A stretch of DNA of 64,000 bases from Macrostomum lignano (lineage: Eukaryota): NCBI GenBank assembly GCA_002269645.1, contig NIVC01000380.1, forward strand, positions 62,001 to 126,000, written 5' to 3'. This document shows positions 26,248 through 39,665 of the stretch, piece by piece. A program made the position numbers and the translations under genes. The notes beneath the pieces are model-generated. The model did not search any database. It was not told where the DNA came from and saw nothing but the letters and a program-made list of their open reading frames with translations. How positions within the stretch are numbered: the stretch's first letter is position 1; each line of letters starts with the position of its first letter.

Positions 26248-26307
<60 letters not shown>
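26015..26307. repeat. (TTAG)n microsatellite
   Basis: Tetranucleotide run. Confidence 0.96.
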
Positions 26308-26308
<1 letters not shown>

Positions 26309-26809
26309 GGAGTGAATAAACTATTAAAGGCGGCATATAGCTATCAATACAAGTTCGGCTATTAATCTAAATTGATCTCATAACAAACAAGAAACAAGCC
26401 CGAAAACAATGGCAATCGAGCATGCAGCTAAGCCCAGCCCTGTCGGCCCGTCACCCTCTCTCATGCGATCGGTCATGCGAGTCCAGCCAGGCGGAGATGA
26501 AAGGATAATCGGTTTGACAGAGAGACAAGAAGACGAAGAACATTTTTATCGTCTTCTGATTTTCCTATCCGCTCCAATGTCATGCGCCATTAGACACGGG
26601 GAATCTCTCAAGCTATATTGTATATATTAACTAAATTTATGCAATGTATATAAAGTGCTCAGCTACGCTTTAGCATAGCTTGAATAACGAACTTGATCTT
26701 TTAGCACGTAGTTCCTTTTTAGTTCAGGTAGAAAGCTTGCTATGATGATTATAAAGAGAAACTTTACAACTTTACAACTCTTTCGGGGCGCGCCAAACAA
26801 CCTTCTCAT

Positions 26810-27070
26810 CGTCCTTAGCGCCCTTAGCAACCCTGCGCCCTTAGCAACCCTGTCCTCTTTTCAGTGACCTTAGCAATCCTGTCCTCTTCATAGCGTCCTT
26901 GGCAACCCTGTACGCCCTTTTGAGCGCCCTTAGCAACCGTGTCCTCTTTTTAGCGCCCTTAGCAACCCTGTGCCCTTAGCAACACTGTCCTCTTTTGAGG
27001 GCCCGAAGCAACAATGTCCTCTTTATAGCGTCCTTAGCAACCCTGTCCTCTTTTACCGCACTTAGCAACT
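26810..27070. repeat. ~31-bp minisatellite with CCCTTAGCAAC core
   Basis: Diverged tandem units. Confidence 0.85.
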
Positions 27071-27789
27071 ACTCTTATTTTAAAAGCATGCAAAGAAATT
27101 TCAGCTGCAAATAATTACAAATTGGCATGCATTGTATTGTCTCCAGGCCTCCAGGCCCCAGAAAGGCAAACAGAAAAGCGATTTTCTCATTCAGTAAAAA
27201 AAGAACAAAAATTTGGCCGGAAGAGCAACAGCCAGGGAAATATAATAGGAGCAGCTAGCTTATGGGGTCACGCTGGGATTCTTCTGGGCGGGAAAAATAG
27301 AAGAAAAGAAATGAGAAAGAGAGAGGCAGCTGAGTTGAGAGGGTGGGAGGTTGGCGGCGGCTACGGCATGACAAACCTGTTTGCTCACTGCAACTGTTTA
27401 CCCTGTGTTGCGCCACCACCCCGGTACCTACTTTGGAGTTGGCAGCACCCCCCCCCCAACCCTCTGCTTACTTTATCCCGCCTCCCTCCGCTCCTCTCCT
27501 CTCCTCTACTCCTCTACTCTCTTTTATTTCGCATCTCAACTTTGCTTAAGGCGACCCGAATTGTGCGTGCAGGAGAGGACATTGGCAGTTGGAATCGGGA
27601 GGGGTGGGAATGGAGGGCCAGGTCCTCACCTGGCAAGTGGCCTTCCGCAATCATTCATATTCATGCTCCAATATCAACGCTCGTAGCCCCCCCCCCCGCT
27701 GTTTACCTTGCGCATGCTGCTCAATCTCGATTTGCGCAATATTTTAGCACAGCCAACTTCTAACACAAGAGTTTTGCTATTTTTTGCCG

Positions 27790-28600
27790 TCTCCCTCTCT
27801 CACTGTCTCCCTCTCTTCCTCTCTCACTGTCTCCCTCTCTCCCTGTCTCCCTCTCCTCCTCTCTCACTGTCTCCCTCTCTCCCTGTCTCCCTCTCTTCCT
27901 CTCTCACTGTCTCCCTCTCTCCCTGTCTCCTTCTCTCCCTGTCTCCCTCTCTCCCTGTCTCCCTCTCTCGCTGTCTCCCTCTCTCACTGTCTCCCTCTCT
28001 CGCTGTCTCCCTCTCTCCCTGTCTCCCTCTCTCGCTGTCTCCCTCTCTCACTGTCTCCCTCTCTCCCTGTCTCCCTCTCTCCCTGTCTCCCTCTCTTCCT
28101 CTCTCACTGTCTCCCTCTCTCACTGTCTCCCTCTCTCACTGTCTCTCTCTCTCTCACTGTCTCCCTCTCACTGCTTCCCTTTCTCACGGTCTCCCTCTCA
28201 CTGCTTCCCTCTCTCACTGTCTCCCTCTCACTGTCTCCCTCTCACTGTCTCCCTCTCACTGTCTCCCTCTCACTGTCTCCCTCTCCGACTGTCTCACTCT
28301 CACTGCTTCCCTCTCTCACTGTCTCCCTCTAATTGTCTCACTCTCACTGTCTCCCTCTCTTCTCTTCTCCCTCTCTCCCTGTCTCCCTCTCTCACTGTCT
28401 CCCTCTCTCACTGCTTCCCTCTCTCACTGTCTCCCTCTAATTGTCTCACTCTCACTGTCTCCCTCTCTTCTCGTCTCCCTCTCTCCCTGTCTCCCTCTCT
28501 CACTGTCTCCCTCTCTCACTGCCTCCCTCTCTCACTGCCTCCCTCTCTCACTATCTCCCTCTCACTGCTTCCCCTTCCAATGTCTCCCATCGTTTCCGTC
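27790..28600. repeat. 16-bp CT-rich minisatellite (CTCTCTCACTGTCTCC)
   Basis: Tandem units. Confidence 0.93.
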
Positions 28601-29399
28601 TCCCACACTCTTGCCTCTCTACAGTTAAAAGTAGCAAAATAAAGCAGTCAAAATATGGACTAGCCATCTATCTAAAACTGTATTCATTAGCGACCATTGC
28701 TTCTGGTCTGTAAAGCTATAACCCTTTCCGACAAATACAGAATACCCCATCTAATCCAAGTCTAGGAAAGAGATTTGCATAAATAAGGCCAATACAGTAT
28801 ATTTAAGCCCCTGATGAATTCCAATCTTAAGGTTCAGCTTATTTTGTCGATAGACCAAGCCCCAGAATTTTCCATATTCAAAGAGCAATGCAAATGCTGA
28901 CCTCGAAGTGAACAACAGATTGAATTCCAGTGCTTGGTTAAGTGGCCGGCGGGCAGTGGCCACTTTGGTTGGCTTCAAATCGTATCTAAATACTTTGTTA
29001 TATACAAAACTAGAAGAGCCAGCATTGTATCGGTTGATTAGTTTAAGCAACTTTGGTCGGGCTGAGGAAAATTTTTTAATCTTCCCCATCCGCCACGTCC
29101 CGTTGCTTTTGCTAATTCAGGGCGGATTGTAGCCAAGAAGAAAAATTGTCTCAGCGATTCGAACTTGCCACTGCATTTTTTTATTTCGCTACTGTTCTCT
29201 ACTGCTCCTATTCGAAAAAAATTGTTGGACCTGATAAAGAGCTGGCTAGACTCTTTTTCTTTGTTTCCTCTATTCTCGTTCCTTTCTCCCCTGAGGAGGA
29301 AAATCAAATTTGGATCAAGGGAAATTTTGGTAACATTTTTTTTCACGCGTCCTTGCATCTGAGTTTTATCTAGCCTAAGAAATAGATTTTTAGTCGCTG

Positions 29400-31060
29400 T
29401 TTACACTTCTCCCTCTCACTCTCTTTTTCACTCTCCCTCTCCTTCTCCTTCTTACTCTCCCTCTCTCACTCTCCCTCTCACTCTCCCACTCACTCTCCCT
29501 CTCACTCTCCCTCTCACTCTCCCACTCACTCTCCCTCTCCTTCTCCTTCTCACTCTCCCTCTCACTCTCCCTCTCACTCTCCCACTCACTCTCCCTCTCA
29601 CTCTCCCTCTCACTCTCCCTCTCACTCTCTCACTCACTCTCCCTCTCACTCTCCCTCTCACTCTCCCTCTCACTCTCCCTCTCTCTCTCCCTCTCACTCT
29701 CCCTCTCACTCTCCCACTCACTCTCCCTCTAACTCTACCTCTCACTCTCCCTCTCACTCTCCCTCTCACTCTCCCTCTCACTCTCCCACTCACTCTCCCT
29801 CTCACTCTCCCTCTCACTCTCCCTCTCACTCTCCCACTCACTCTCCCTCTCACTCTCCCTCTCACTCTCCCACTCACTCTCCCTCTCTCTCTCCCTCTCA
29901 CTCTCCCTCTCACTCTCCCACTCACTCTCCCTCTAACTCTACCTCTCACTCTCCCTCTCACTCTCCCACTCACTCTCCCACTCACTCTCCCACTCACTCT
30001 CCCTCTCACTCTCCCTCTCACTCTCCCTCTCACTCTCCCTCTCTCTCTCCCTCTCACTCTCCCTCTCACTCTCCCACTCACTCTCCCTCTAACTCTACCT
30101 CTCCTTCTCAATCTCACTCTCCCTCTCACTCTCCCTCTACTTCTCACTCTCCCTCTCTCTCTGCTTTTCACTTTCCCTCTTATTTTCCCTCTCTCCATCT
30201 CCCTCTCACTCTCCCTCTCACTCTCCCTCTCACTCTCCCTCTCACTCTCCCTCTCACTCTCCCTCTCACTCTCCCTCTCACTCTCCCTCTCTCTCTCCCT
30301 CTCACTCTCCCTCTCACTCTCCCACTCACTCTCCCTCTAACTCTACCTCTCACTCTCCCTCTCACTCTCCCTCTCACTCTCCCTCTCACTCTCCCTCTCT
30401 CTCTCCCTCTCACTCTCCCTCTCACTCTCCCACTCACTCTCCCTCTAACTCTACCTCTCACTCTCCCTCTCACTCTCCCTCTCACTCTCCCTCTCACTCT
30501 CCCACTCACTCTCCCTCTCACTCTCCCTCTCACTCTCCCTCTCACTCTCCCACTCACTCTCCCTCTCACTCTCCCTCTCACTCTCCCACTCACTCTCCCT
30601 CTCTCTCTCCCTCTCACTCTCCCTCTAACTCTCCCACTCACTCTCCCTCTAACTCTACCTCTCACTCTCCCTCTCACTCTCCCACTCACTCTCCCACTCA
30701 CTCTCCCACTCACTCTCCCTCTCACTCTCCCTCTCACTCTCCCTCTCACTCTCCCTCTCTCTCTCCCTCTCACTCTCCCTCTCACTCTCCCACTCACTCT
30801 CCCTCTAACTCTACCTCTCCTTCTCAATCTCACTCTCCCTCTCACTCTCCCTCTACTTCTCACTCTCCCTCTCTCTCTGCTTTTCACTTTCCCTCTTATT
30901 TTCCCTCTCTCCATCTCCCTCTCACTCTCCCTCTCACTCTCCCTCTCACTCTCCCTCTCACTCTTCCTCTTACTATCCCTCTCCCACTCACTCTTCCTCT
31001 CACTCTCCCTCTCCTTCTCACTCTCACCCTCCCTCTCTCATCCTCCCTTTCTCTGACGAA
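29400..31060. repeat. 12-bp CT-rich minisatellite (CTCTCCCTCTCA) with a 716-bp higher-order duplication
   Basis: Landmarks CCTTCTCAATCTCAC (30103 and 30819) and TTTTCACTTTCCCTCTTATTTTCC (~30164 and ~30880) recur 716 bp apart. Confidence 0.93.
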
Positions 31061-33107
31061 GAATTTACCTAATTCGAAATATCGGCAACTTAAATCAACT
31101 TAACTTGTTTGTCCTTTTTACATGTACCGCGTCCGTGCCTGAGATTGGAGGCGCCCTCCTCTCTCTCTCTCTCTCCCTCTCTCACTCTCCCTCTCCTTCT
31201 CACTCTCACCCTCCCTCTCTCATCCTCCCTTCTCACTCCCCCTCTCACTTTCCCTCTCTCACCCTCCTGTCTCCTATTTCTCCCTCCTTCTCTCTTAGTC
31301 TTTCTCTCTATGGAACAGCAAAGTGAAAAGCAGAAAATGCCACTTCAAGAAAAGGTTGCGAATAACTGAATTTAAAAAATGTCAGTCATTTTATTTGCAT
31401 CTAAATTTCACTGGCATGGATTCTGTCACTCTCAACTTGTCACTTGTCACTGACTCTTCAGATTTTATTTTGTCGCTTATATATTCAACAGTGTCGCCCT
31501 CACCTCTCGCCAACGCATCTCTCGCCACATCGCCAATGTCAATACAGAATTTGGCAAAATCGCGAGAGTGAGAGAGAAAGCTCGTATGCATACTTCCTTT
31601 TTAGATTGTTGCTTTTTGTTTCCTGTCACACACTGCAAGTCTCTGACTGCCTTTATCTCTCTCTCTCTCTCTCTCTCTTTCTCGCCACAGCTGTTGTCAT
31701 GGCTACACATTCCCCCAGCCAGTGTACCTGACTTTCCCACTTCCCCACCAAGCAGCTCGCAGCACAATGCAAAAATAGATAAGTGCAGGCAAGGAAAAAT
31801 AATGCAACTGCATGTGTTAATGTAAAAGTTAAAGATGAAATAGCTCCCTCGGTTGCTTGATGGCAATAGACAGAGGATTTGACATCTGTCGTGATGTACA
31901 CAAAAATGCCAATTTGTGCCTGTAGAAAAAGGAATTTCATGAAGAGAAGAACAGCTATAGTGTTTTGATTCAACTGATTTAGAGATTCATCCATGGGCCC
32001 AACCCCCAAGGCACAGAAGAGTGTAACCTGCCTGAATGGGGTTTTACCATAGACAAGATCGGTTGAGAAAAACTCCGACTATTCTCTAGACGGACTCCTG
32101 CCGCCCATTTCTGAGAAAACCGAGTGCTATCCAATGCTATGAGAAAGTGAGGACCGGTTGACATGATTGCTAATAGTCCTGCTGTACATTCAGAGACACA
32201 GGCAGGCTAAACCAATTAGTAGATGAATAGACAAAACCTGAGGTCTTTGTGTTCGGTAACAAAGCTCCACCTGAACCAGACTAACTAGTTATGAACCTGC
32301 TGAGTGCTTAACTTTAATCTCCCAATTGTGTCCAGGACTGAGACATTTATTGCAGCTATAGATAGTAGATAGATACTATTTTCAGGATTGTGGGGCTATA
32401 AGCCTTCAAGCTGTCTTTGTTCCCCCTGTGCTGAGCCTCTAGGCCGCACAAAGAGGTGAATTGAGCTTGAGCCGCGGAGCAGCAGCAGCATGGAAGCAGC
32501 GGGTGGGGCCAATGACTCACAAGCTGACACTATAGCCAGCTTTCTATAGGGACCGCCGGGACCGACGCAACCTAAATGTAGAATGGCTAGTTAATTGCTT
32601 TAACCAAGTGGGGCGCATTTTAACAGCGAGCTCGCTTCGGACCAGTTAGACTAGAGAGATATTTCAAAACGGAGCTGTATATAAATTCTGACCACCGAGA
32701 GTTGCCCACCTCACAGCGAATCATAATTATTCAATAGCTAATGTTCTGAGGCGGGAGTTCGGTCGGTCACTGGGTCGCTGTTTAGACTCCAGTTCGGAGC
32801 GTGAGTAAGCAAAATTAGACAGAACAAGCCTAAAGCCCTTGCGCCGCTTATTTATAACCCCCCCCCATGTGAGCATGAATTTGTTTGAAGCCTTGACGAC
32901 CGGAATAAGTTTTTGAGTCCTATAAGAGGGTCTTTTAAGCGCGTTATCTGATCTTCATGAATCTCGCGGGAGTGGAGGGGCTGTTTTGATGGACAGATGA
33001 ATGCAAGAACAGAGAAATTGTTTTGATAGACCGAAACGGCCAAGGTTTAAGGAATTTAAAATTGAAACTGCAGATCCTTAGTCGAGAGAGATGGTTTACC
33101 ACTGTAT

Positions 33108-33692
<585 letters not shown>

Positions 33693-33988
33693 TAGCACAG
33701 AATAGGATTATCGAAAGCAAACTCGCTGGACGTACAGTACGAGGCTACAAGCGGAAAACCAACGAAGCGACCCCGGCTGAATCTCATTGGCCGGGAGATC
33801 TGCCCGCCCACTAACCAGTTGATTGGCATTCAAGTATGGGCAAAACCGTTTTAAAACAGATTGCCTCCTCACAGACAGCTTCATTGCGGCCAAGAATTGC
33901 TTCATGTCAATCGCACTGTTGATAATTGCATCTCTTTCGACCCAAGTTCAGCAATTGAATAAATAAATTATTAAAATTCTTCGAAATC

Positions 33989-35350
33989 ATGCGGCTCCCA
34001 CCGCTTAGCTATCTGCAATTGCTGTTTCCGCTGCTGCTAGTGGAATCGCTGCACAGGGCCGGGGCCAAGCCGACCTGCCCAACCCAGCAACCATGCCAGT
34101 GCACCGACCTGCGCATCAAATGCGTCCAGCAGGACCGGCCTCAGTTGAACTACATCAGCCGAATTCCATATTTTTCGCCTAGCAACTATGAGACCCGATC
34201 GTGGACGTACAGTTTCCACGAAATGCGAGTCAGGGACCAGGCGCTAACGAATCTAAGCCTGCAGTTCGCCTGGGGCGTGCTGAACTTGCGCAAAATCGAG
34301 GTTACAAACTCGCTGGTTCGCAGAATTTCGCCCAACGCATTCAAAGGCATCATTGGCGTTCAGTCGTTGAATCTGTCTAACAATCTTCTGTCAAGCTTGT
34401 CCTCAAATGACCTCGCCGAATTGACTCAACTACGCGAGCTGATTCTTCACGACAATCAGATTCGAGTTGTCTATCAGGGAGCATTTCAGCATACGCCGTT
34501 TGTTGCTCAACTTTATCTCAGTCACAACCGGCTGTCGGAAATACCTGAGGACATTCGACATCTGAGCAGTTTGACGCACCTTTATTTGCAGTTCAACAAC
34601 ATCTCCACTGTAAGAGACTACGCATTTGCCGGACTAAGAAAGCTAATAGTGCTTGACCTGGGCACTTTGCGTAGGAACCTGCTCATCCAGCCCAGAGCGT
34701 TCTGCGGCCTTGGTGGCAGCGACGACGGCAGTTACGGTGACGAAGCACTTGGAGGCAGCGACGCCTACACGGACACTGACTCGACATCGTCCTTAGAGAG
34801 CATCATGCCGATGTCATTAATGAGCCGAGACCGAGGCCTAGCAGCCTTGTACCTGCGGCACAATGTCCTGCACGATTTGAATCTGTGCGCCCTCGGTAAA
34901 ATCACCAGCCTAAGAGCGCTGAACCTCACTGGAAGCATCTTCCCGTGCAGTTGCCAGGCGGCTAGCTTGGCTAATCAATCTACCTGGCAGGCTGATTACG
35001 GTTTCTCGCCCAGATACGTCACCTACGAGCCCTGGCAGGTGGCCAACTGCGACAGCAATGAGCAACGCTGCTCAGAGCTGGCCAGAAGACGGAGGCAACA
35101 TTGCGACACGTCAGCCAGGTGCCGAAGCCAGCCAGCGTATCCGGGTCGGTCCAGAGTTGGCAACGGTGGCGTCATTCGAGACTGGCAGTTCACCGATACC
35201 AGACTGAGCTACCGAAACGACCAAATGAGCCAAGATAGCAACAACGGCGCAAGCGAGCCTCATCTGTACTGCAGATTGCTGCTGCTGTGCTTGAGCATGC
35301 TCAGCGTGAACTTGGTGAACAGTATATCATGGTGTCTGATTAAGTTTTAA
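33989..35350 (+). CDS. Extracellular leucine-rich repeat protein (signal peptide, LRRNT, ~8-9 LRRs, LRRCT, C-terminal hydrophobic GPI/TM segment), single exon
   Basis: 453-aa ORF. Leader MRLPPLSYLQLLFPLLLVESLH; CPTQQPCQCTDLRIKC cap; LxxLxLxxN repeats (VQSLNLSNNLL, LRELILHDNQI, VAQLYLSHNRL, LTHLYLQFNNI, LAALYLRHNVL); FPCSCQ C-cap; hydrophobic terminus LLLLCLSMLSVNLVNSISWCLIKF. Confidence 0.9.
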   Translation: MRLPPLSYLQLLFPLLLVESLHRAGAKPTCPTQQPCQCTDLRIKCVQQDRPQLNYISRIPYFSPSNYETRSWTYSFHEMRVRDQALTNLSLQFAWGVLNLRKIEVTNSLVRRISPNAFKGIIGVQSLNLSNNLLSSLSSNDLAELTQLRELILHDNQIRVVYQGAFQHTPFVAQLYLSHNRLSEIPEDIRHLSSLTHLYLQFNNISTVRDYAFAGLRKLIVLDLGTLRRNLLIQPRAFCGLGGSDDGSYGDEALGGSDAYTDTDSTSSLESIMPMSLMSRDRGLAALYLRHNVLHDLNLCALGKITSLRALNLTGSIFPCSCQAASLANQSTWQADYGFSPRYVTYEPWQVANCDSNEQRCSELARRRRQHCDTSARCRSQPAYPGRSRVGNGGVIRDWQFTDTRLSYRNDQMSQDSNNGASEPHLYCRLLLLCLSMLSVNLVNSISWCLIKF

Positions 35351-35499
35351 TATCGTTTTAACCTTGTAGATATAAACTTGTAACATACCTACCCGTATAC
35401 CACTGCTTCTAATAACATGCTTGTGTATTGATTTCAATGGACGATTTTTAGATTGTTGAAAATGAAGTTACCTGAGAACTGGCATGGATTTGTTGGCGT

Positions 35500-36005
35500 C
35501 TCATAAGTCCCAGCTGGCGCCTCGAGAGTCCCATTCGGCGTGTTGAGAGTCCCATTTGGCGTCTTGAGAGTCCCATTTGGCGTCTTGAGTGTCCCATTTG
35601 GTGTCTTGAGAGTCTCATTTGGCATCTTGAGAGTCCCATTTGGCGTCTTGAGAGTCCCATTCGGCGCCGTGAGAGTCTCATTTGGCATCTTGAGAGTCCC
35701 ATTTGGCGTCTTGAGAGTCCCATTTGGCGTCTTGAGAGTCCCATTTGGCGTCTTGAGTGTCCCATTTGGTGTCTTGAGAGTCTCATTTGGCATCTTGAGA
35801 GTCCCATTCGGCGTCTTGAGAGTCCCATTTGGTGTCTTGAGAGTCCCATTTGGTGTCTTGAGAGTCTCATTTGGCGTCTTGAGAGTCCTATTTGGCGTCT
35901 TGAGAGTCCCATTTGGCGTCTCATAAGTCCCATTTGGCGTCTTGAGAGTCCCATTCGGCGTCTTGAGAGTCCCATTTGGTGTCTTGAGAGTCCCATTTGG
36001 CGTCT
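35500..36005. repeat. 21-bp minisatellite (TTTGGCGTCTTGAGAGTCCCA)
   Basis: Tandem units downstream of the LRR gene. Confidence 0.95.
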
Positions 36006-36319
36006 ATATGGCGATATATGTAAATCCACTATTTCTTATCAATATGTCTCCCTTGAGGCAGATCTCGCATCTGTTACATTTCACATAGGTTTATTTTTTC
36101 AATATGAATATCTGTTATAGCAATTGTGCGTGTTTTTTAACATTTTATCTGTGCGTGCTCAATAATACACTTATAAATTGTGATTGTGCTCCATGTGTTA
36201 AAAAGATAAATGAGGATTAGAAAAAGTAATAACTTGAAAACAGGAGCTTGCTTCAACAAGGTGTGACTGTCCTATTTAATGCAGGGGTGTCTGATTCAGT
36301 TGGAAGGTATCCCCTTGTG

Positions 36320-37010
36320 TGGGGTGTCCACTTTATGATTCCAGGGTGTCCACTTTAGGATATGTGGGAGTCCACTTTATGATATGTGGGGTGTCCACTT
36401 TAGGATACCAGGGTGTCCACTTTATGATATGTTGGGTGTCCACTTTAGGATATGTGGGGTGTCCACTTTATGATACCTGGGTGTCCACTTTAGGATATGT
36501 GGGGTGTCCACTTTAGGATATGTGGGGTGTCCACTTTATAATACCAGGGTGTCCACTTTATAATACCAGGGTGTCCACTTTAATGATATGTGGGTGTCCA
36601 CTTTATAATATGTGGAATGTCCACTTTATGATGTGGGGTGTCCACTTTATAATATGTGGAATGTCCACTTTATGATGTGGGGTGTCCACTTTAATGATAT
36701 ATGGGGTGTCCACTTTGGGGTATGTGGGGTGTATGTGGGGTGTAAGAAGATAAACTTCACGATATCAGGGTGTCCACTTTAGGATATGTGGGTGTCTACT
36801 TAAGGATATACATCAGGTGTCCGCTTTATATCAGGTTGTCCACTTTATGATATGTGAGGTGTCCAATTTATGACACCAGGGTGTCCACTTTAGGATAAAT
36901 GGGGTGTCCACCTTAGGATATGTGGGGTGTCTACTTTATCAGTCAGGTATCCACTTTATAATATGTGTAGTAGTCTACTTTTAATATAGCAGGGTGTCCA
37001 CTTTAGGATT
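36320..37010. repeat. ~23-bp minisatellite (GGGGTGTCCACTTTATGATATGT)
   Basis: Diverged tandem units. Confidence 0.92.
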
Positions 37011-37554
37011 AACATTTAGCGATATTCAAAATTGGGACTAACAACTGGAATCAGGCGAACTGAACCCAGCATGTTCGCTACTCTTGAATTAAACATTGAT
37101 CAACTGCTGCTAAAGATTCCTACTAGCTAATCTACGATGCCGCAGCTGCTGTAGCGCTTAGCAACAGGAGGCTGGAAACTGGGGAGGCTGCGCACTAAGA
37201 TGAAGGTGCAGCATGCAGCAGCAGGCTGAGCAGTCGAGTTCCCAAGGGGCTCTCCGTGCAACATCAGCTGCTGCATCTGGGCCTGAGGAGATAAATTTCA
37301 AGCTGCAGGCAGATGTTGTTGCTGAAATTCATAATTCTCGACTCAATGCGAGCTCAGGACTTGAGGGAGGGTTCGAAGGCTTTGAAGTGCGCGTCTTGTG
37401 AGGCTTCTAGCAGAAATACGGAATTCCCTAATGAGGGCGACCGCGTTGTCTTGAGGAAGAAAGGGAAGTCATGACTGCAGCTTTTGTGAAAGAGCTAATT
37501 ACCATACTCGAACGGGGAGGCAGAATTAAGTCTCAGATAGACTAAAAGACAGAC

Positions 37555-37997
<443 letters not shown>

Positions 37998-38679
37998 CCG
38001 CACTGCCCAGTAGCAGACAGAATGGATAAATCTTGATCCGCATAGCAACAACTCCACCCAGCTAATTGACTGGGACAGTCGGATTTCGGGCAGCTCAGCA
38101 GTCTCCCTCCCCTAGAGCCTCCTTGGCTTTCTGCTTGTCGAATTCCTATTTTTCCCATAGGCCGATCCCCAGCGGGCTAATTTGCAGCCAAGGGGGAGCT
38201 CCAGAGCGATTCCGATCTAATCGCCCCCTACGGAATCCAGGGGCTTAGGGAGGTTGGGGGTGTTGGCGCTGGACATGAAGTGGGGAGAGCGGAGATGAGC
38301 ACTGGCGGTGAACACAGCTCTCGGGCATTCATTCGCATATGCTCGGCAAGCAAGAACCGCACTAAACACCCCATTGAGTTGTCGGCTTGCAGTGGAGAGT
38401 CTAGATAGATAATGCTGCATTATGCTAAGACGAGGAGATTTCTGACAAGTGCAGAGGAAAATTTTGCGAATTGGACAAGCATGTTTATCAAGCATGCCCG
38501 ATTTTGTACCAATTCATAACTTTGTAGACATATTGTAGCATTTCTGTGTGGTCAAAAATACTTTTATGGATGGATAATATCTATAGCTCAATCGATAGTA
38601 CAGAAGATTCAAAATACTTTGTGGAAGAAGTTATATGAGGCTTGCATTCTAAGCAACCATGTCTCGTATCGCACTCTAC

Positions 38680-38990
38680 CCCCAGCAACCATGTCCCCTA
38701 GCAACATTGTCCCTCTCTATAGGGTCCCTAGGAACCGTGCACCTTTCTGTAGCGTCCCTAGCAACCGTGTCCCGTTCTATAGCGTCCCTAGCAACCGTGT
38801 CCTTTTCTATAGCATATCTAGCAACCGTGTCCCTTTTTATAGCATCCCCAGCAACCGTGTCCCTTTCTGTAGCGTCCCTAGCAACCATGTCCTCTTTTAT
38901 AGCATCCCTAGCAATCAATCATCTATAACGTCCGAAGAAATCTGTCTCTTAAGTAGCGTCCCTAGCAACTCTGCCCTTCTATTAGCGCCC
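38680..38990. repeat. 31-bp minisatellite with CCCTAGCAAC core
   Basis: CCCTAGCAACCGTGTCCCTTTCTATAGCGT-type units, related to 26810-27070. Confidence 0.88.
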
Positions 38991-39375
38991 TTAGAAACCG
39001 TTTTTAATTTTGCAGCAATTCTACAAGCGTAAGTTATGAATCAAGCAACAGCTTAAGCATAATTGAGCTGGAACAGCCAATTTTATTCATCGTAGAACAT
39101 TTTTATAATGAGCAACGCATCAGAGACCACGCTCCACCCTTATAATTTAAGTTTAGCATAATTAAGCAAGCAATTAAAAACAATTTAACTTCGTCGAGCA
39201 ATGCAATTTATCGTGCAAGTTTTTAATTGCACAGACTTCTAAATTAGCCGCTCTTGGCTGCATAAAAAGAAGCAACTCAAAAAACACACAGCACGACATG
39301 ATAATTTGAATTCATAATTACGCGCGCCGACTAAAACTGTACCCATTTTTGCTCATTCTTCGGCAGCTAACCTCA

Positions 39376-39665
39376 CTAGATCTCTCAGAATACCCACACT
39401 AGATCTCTCAGAATACCCACACAAGATATCTCAGAATACCCACATTGGATCTCTCAGAATACCCACATTGGATCTCTCAGAATACCCGCACTAGATCTCT
39501 CAGAATACCCGCACTAGATCTCTCAGAATACCCGCACTATAGATCTCTCAGAATACCCACACTAGATCTCTCAGAATACCCACATTGGATCTCTCAGAAT
39601 ACCCACACTACAGTAGATCTCTCAGAATACCCGCACTAGTTCTCTCAGAATACCCACACTAGATC
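39376..39665. repeat. 23-bp minisatellite (TAGATCTCTCAGAATACCCACAC)
   Basis: Tandem units. Confidence 0.93.

Noticed and set aside
26015-26307. (TTAG)n as a telomere-like tract
   Set aside because: The unit is 4 bp, not TTAGGG or TTAGG; an ordinary microsatellite.
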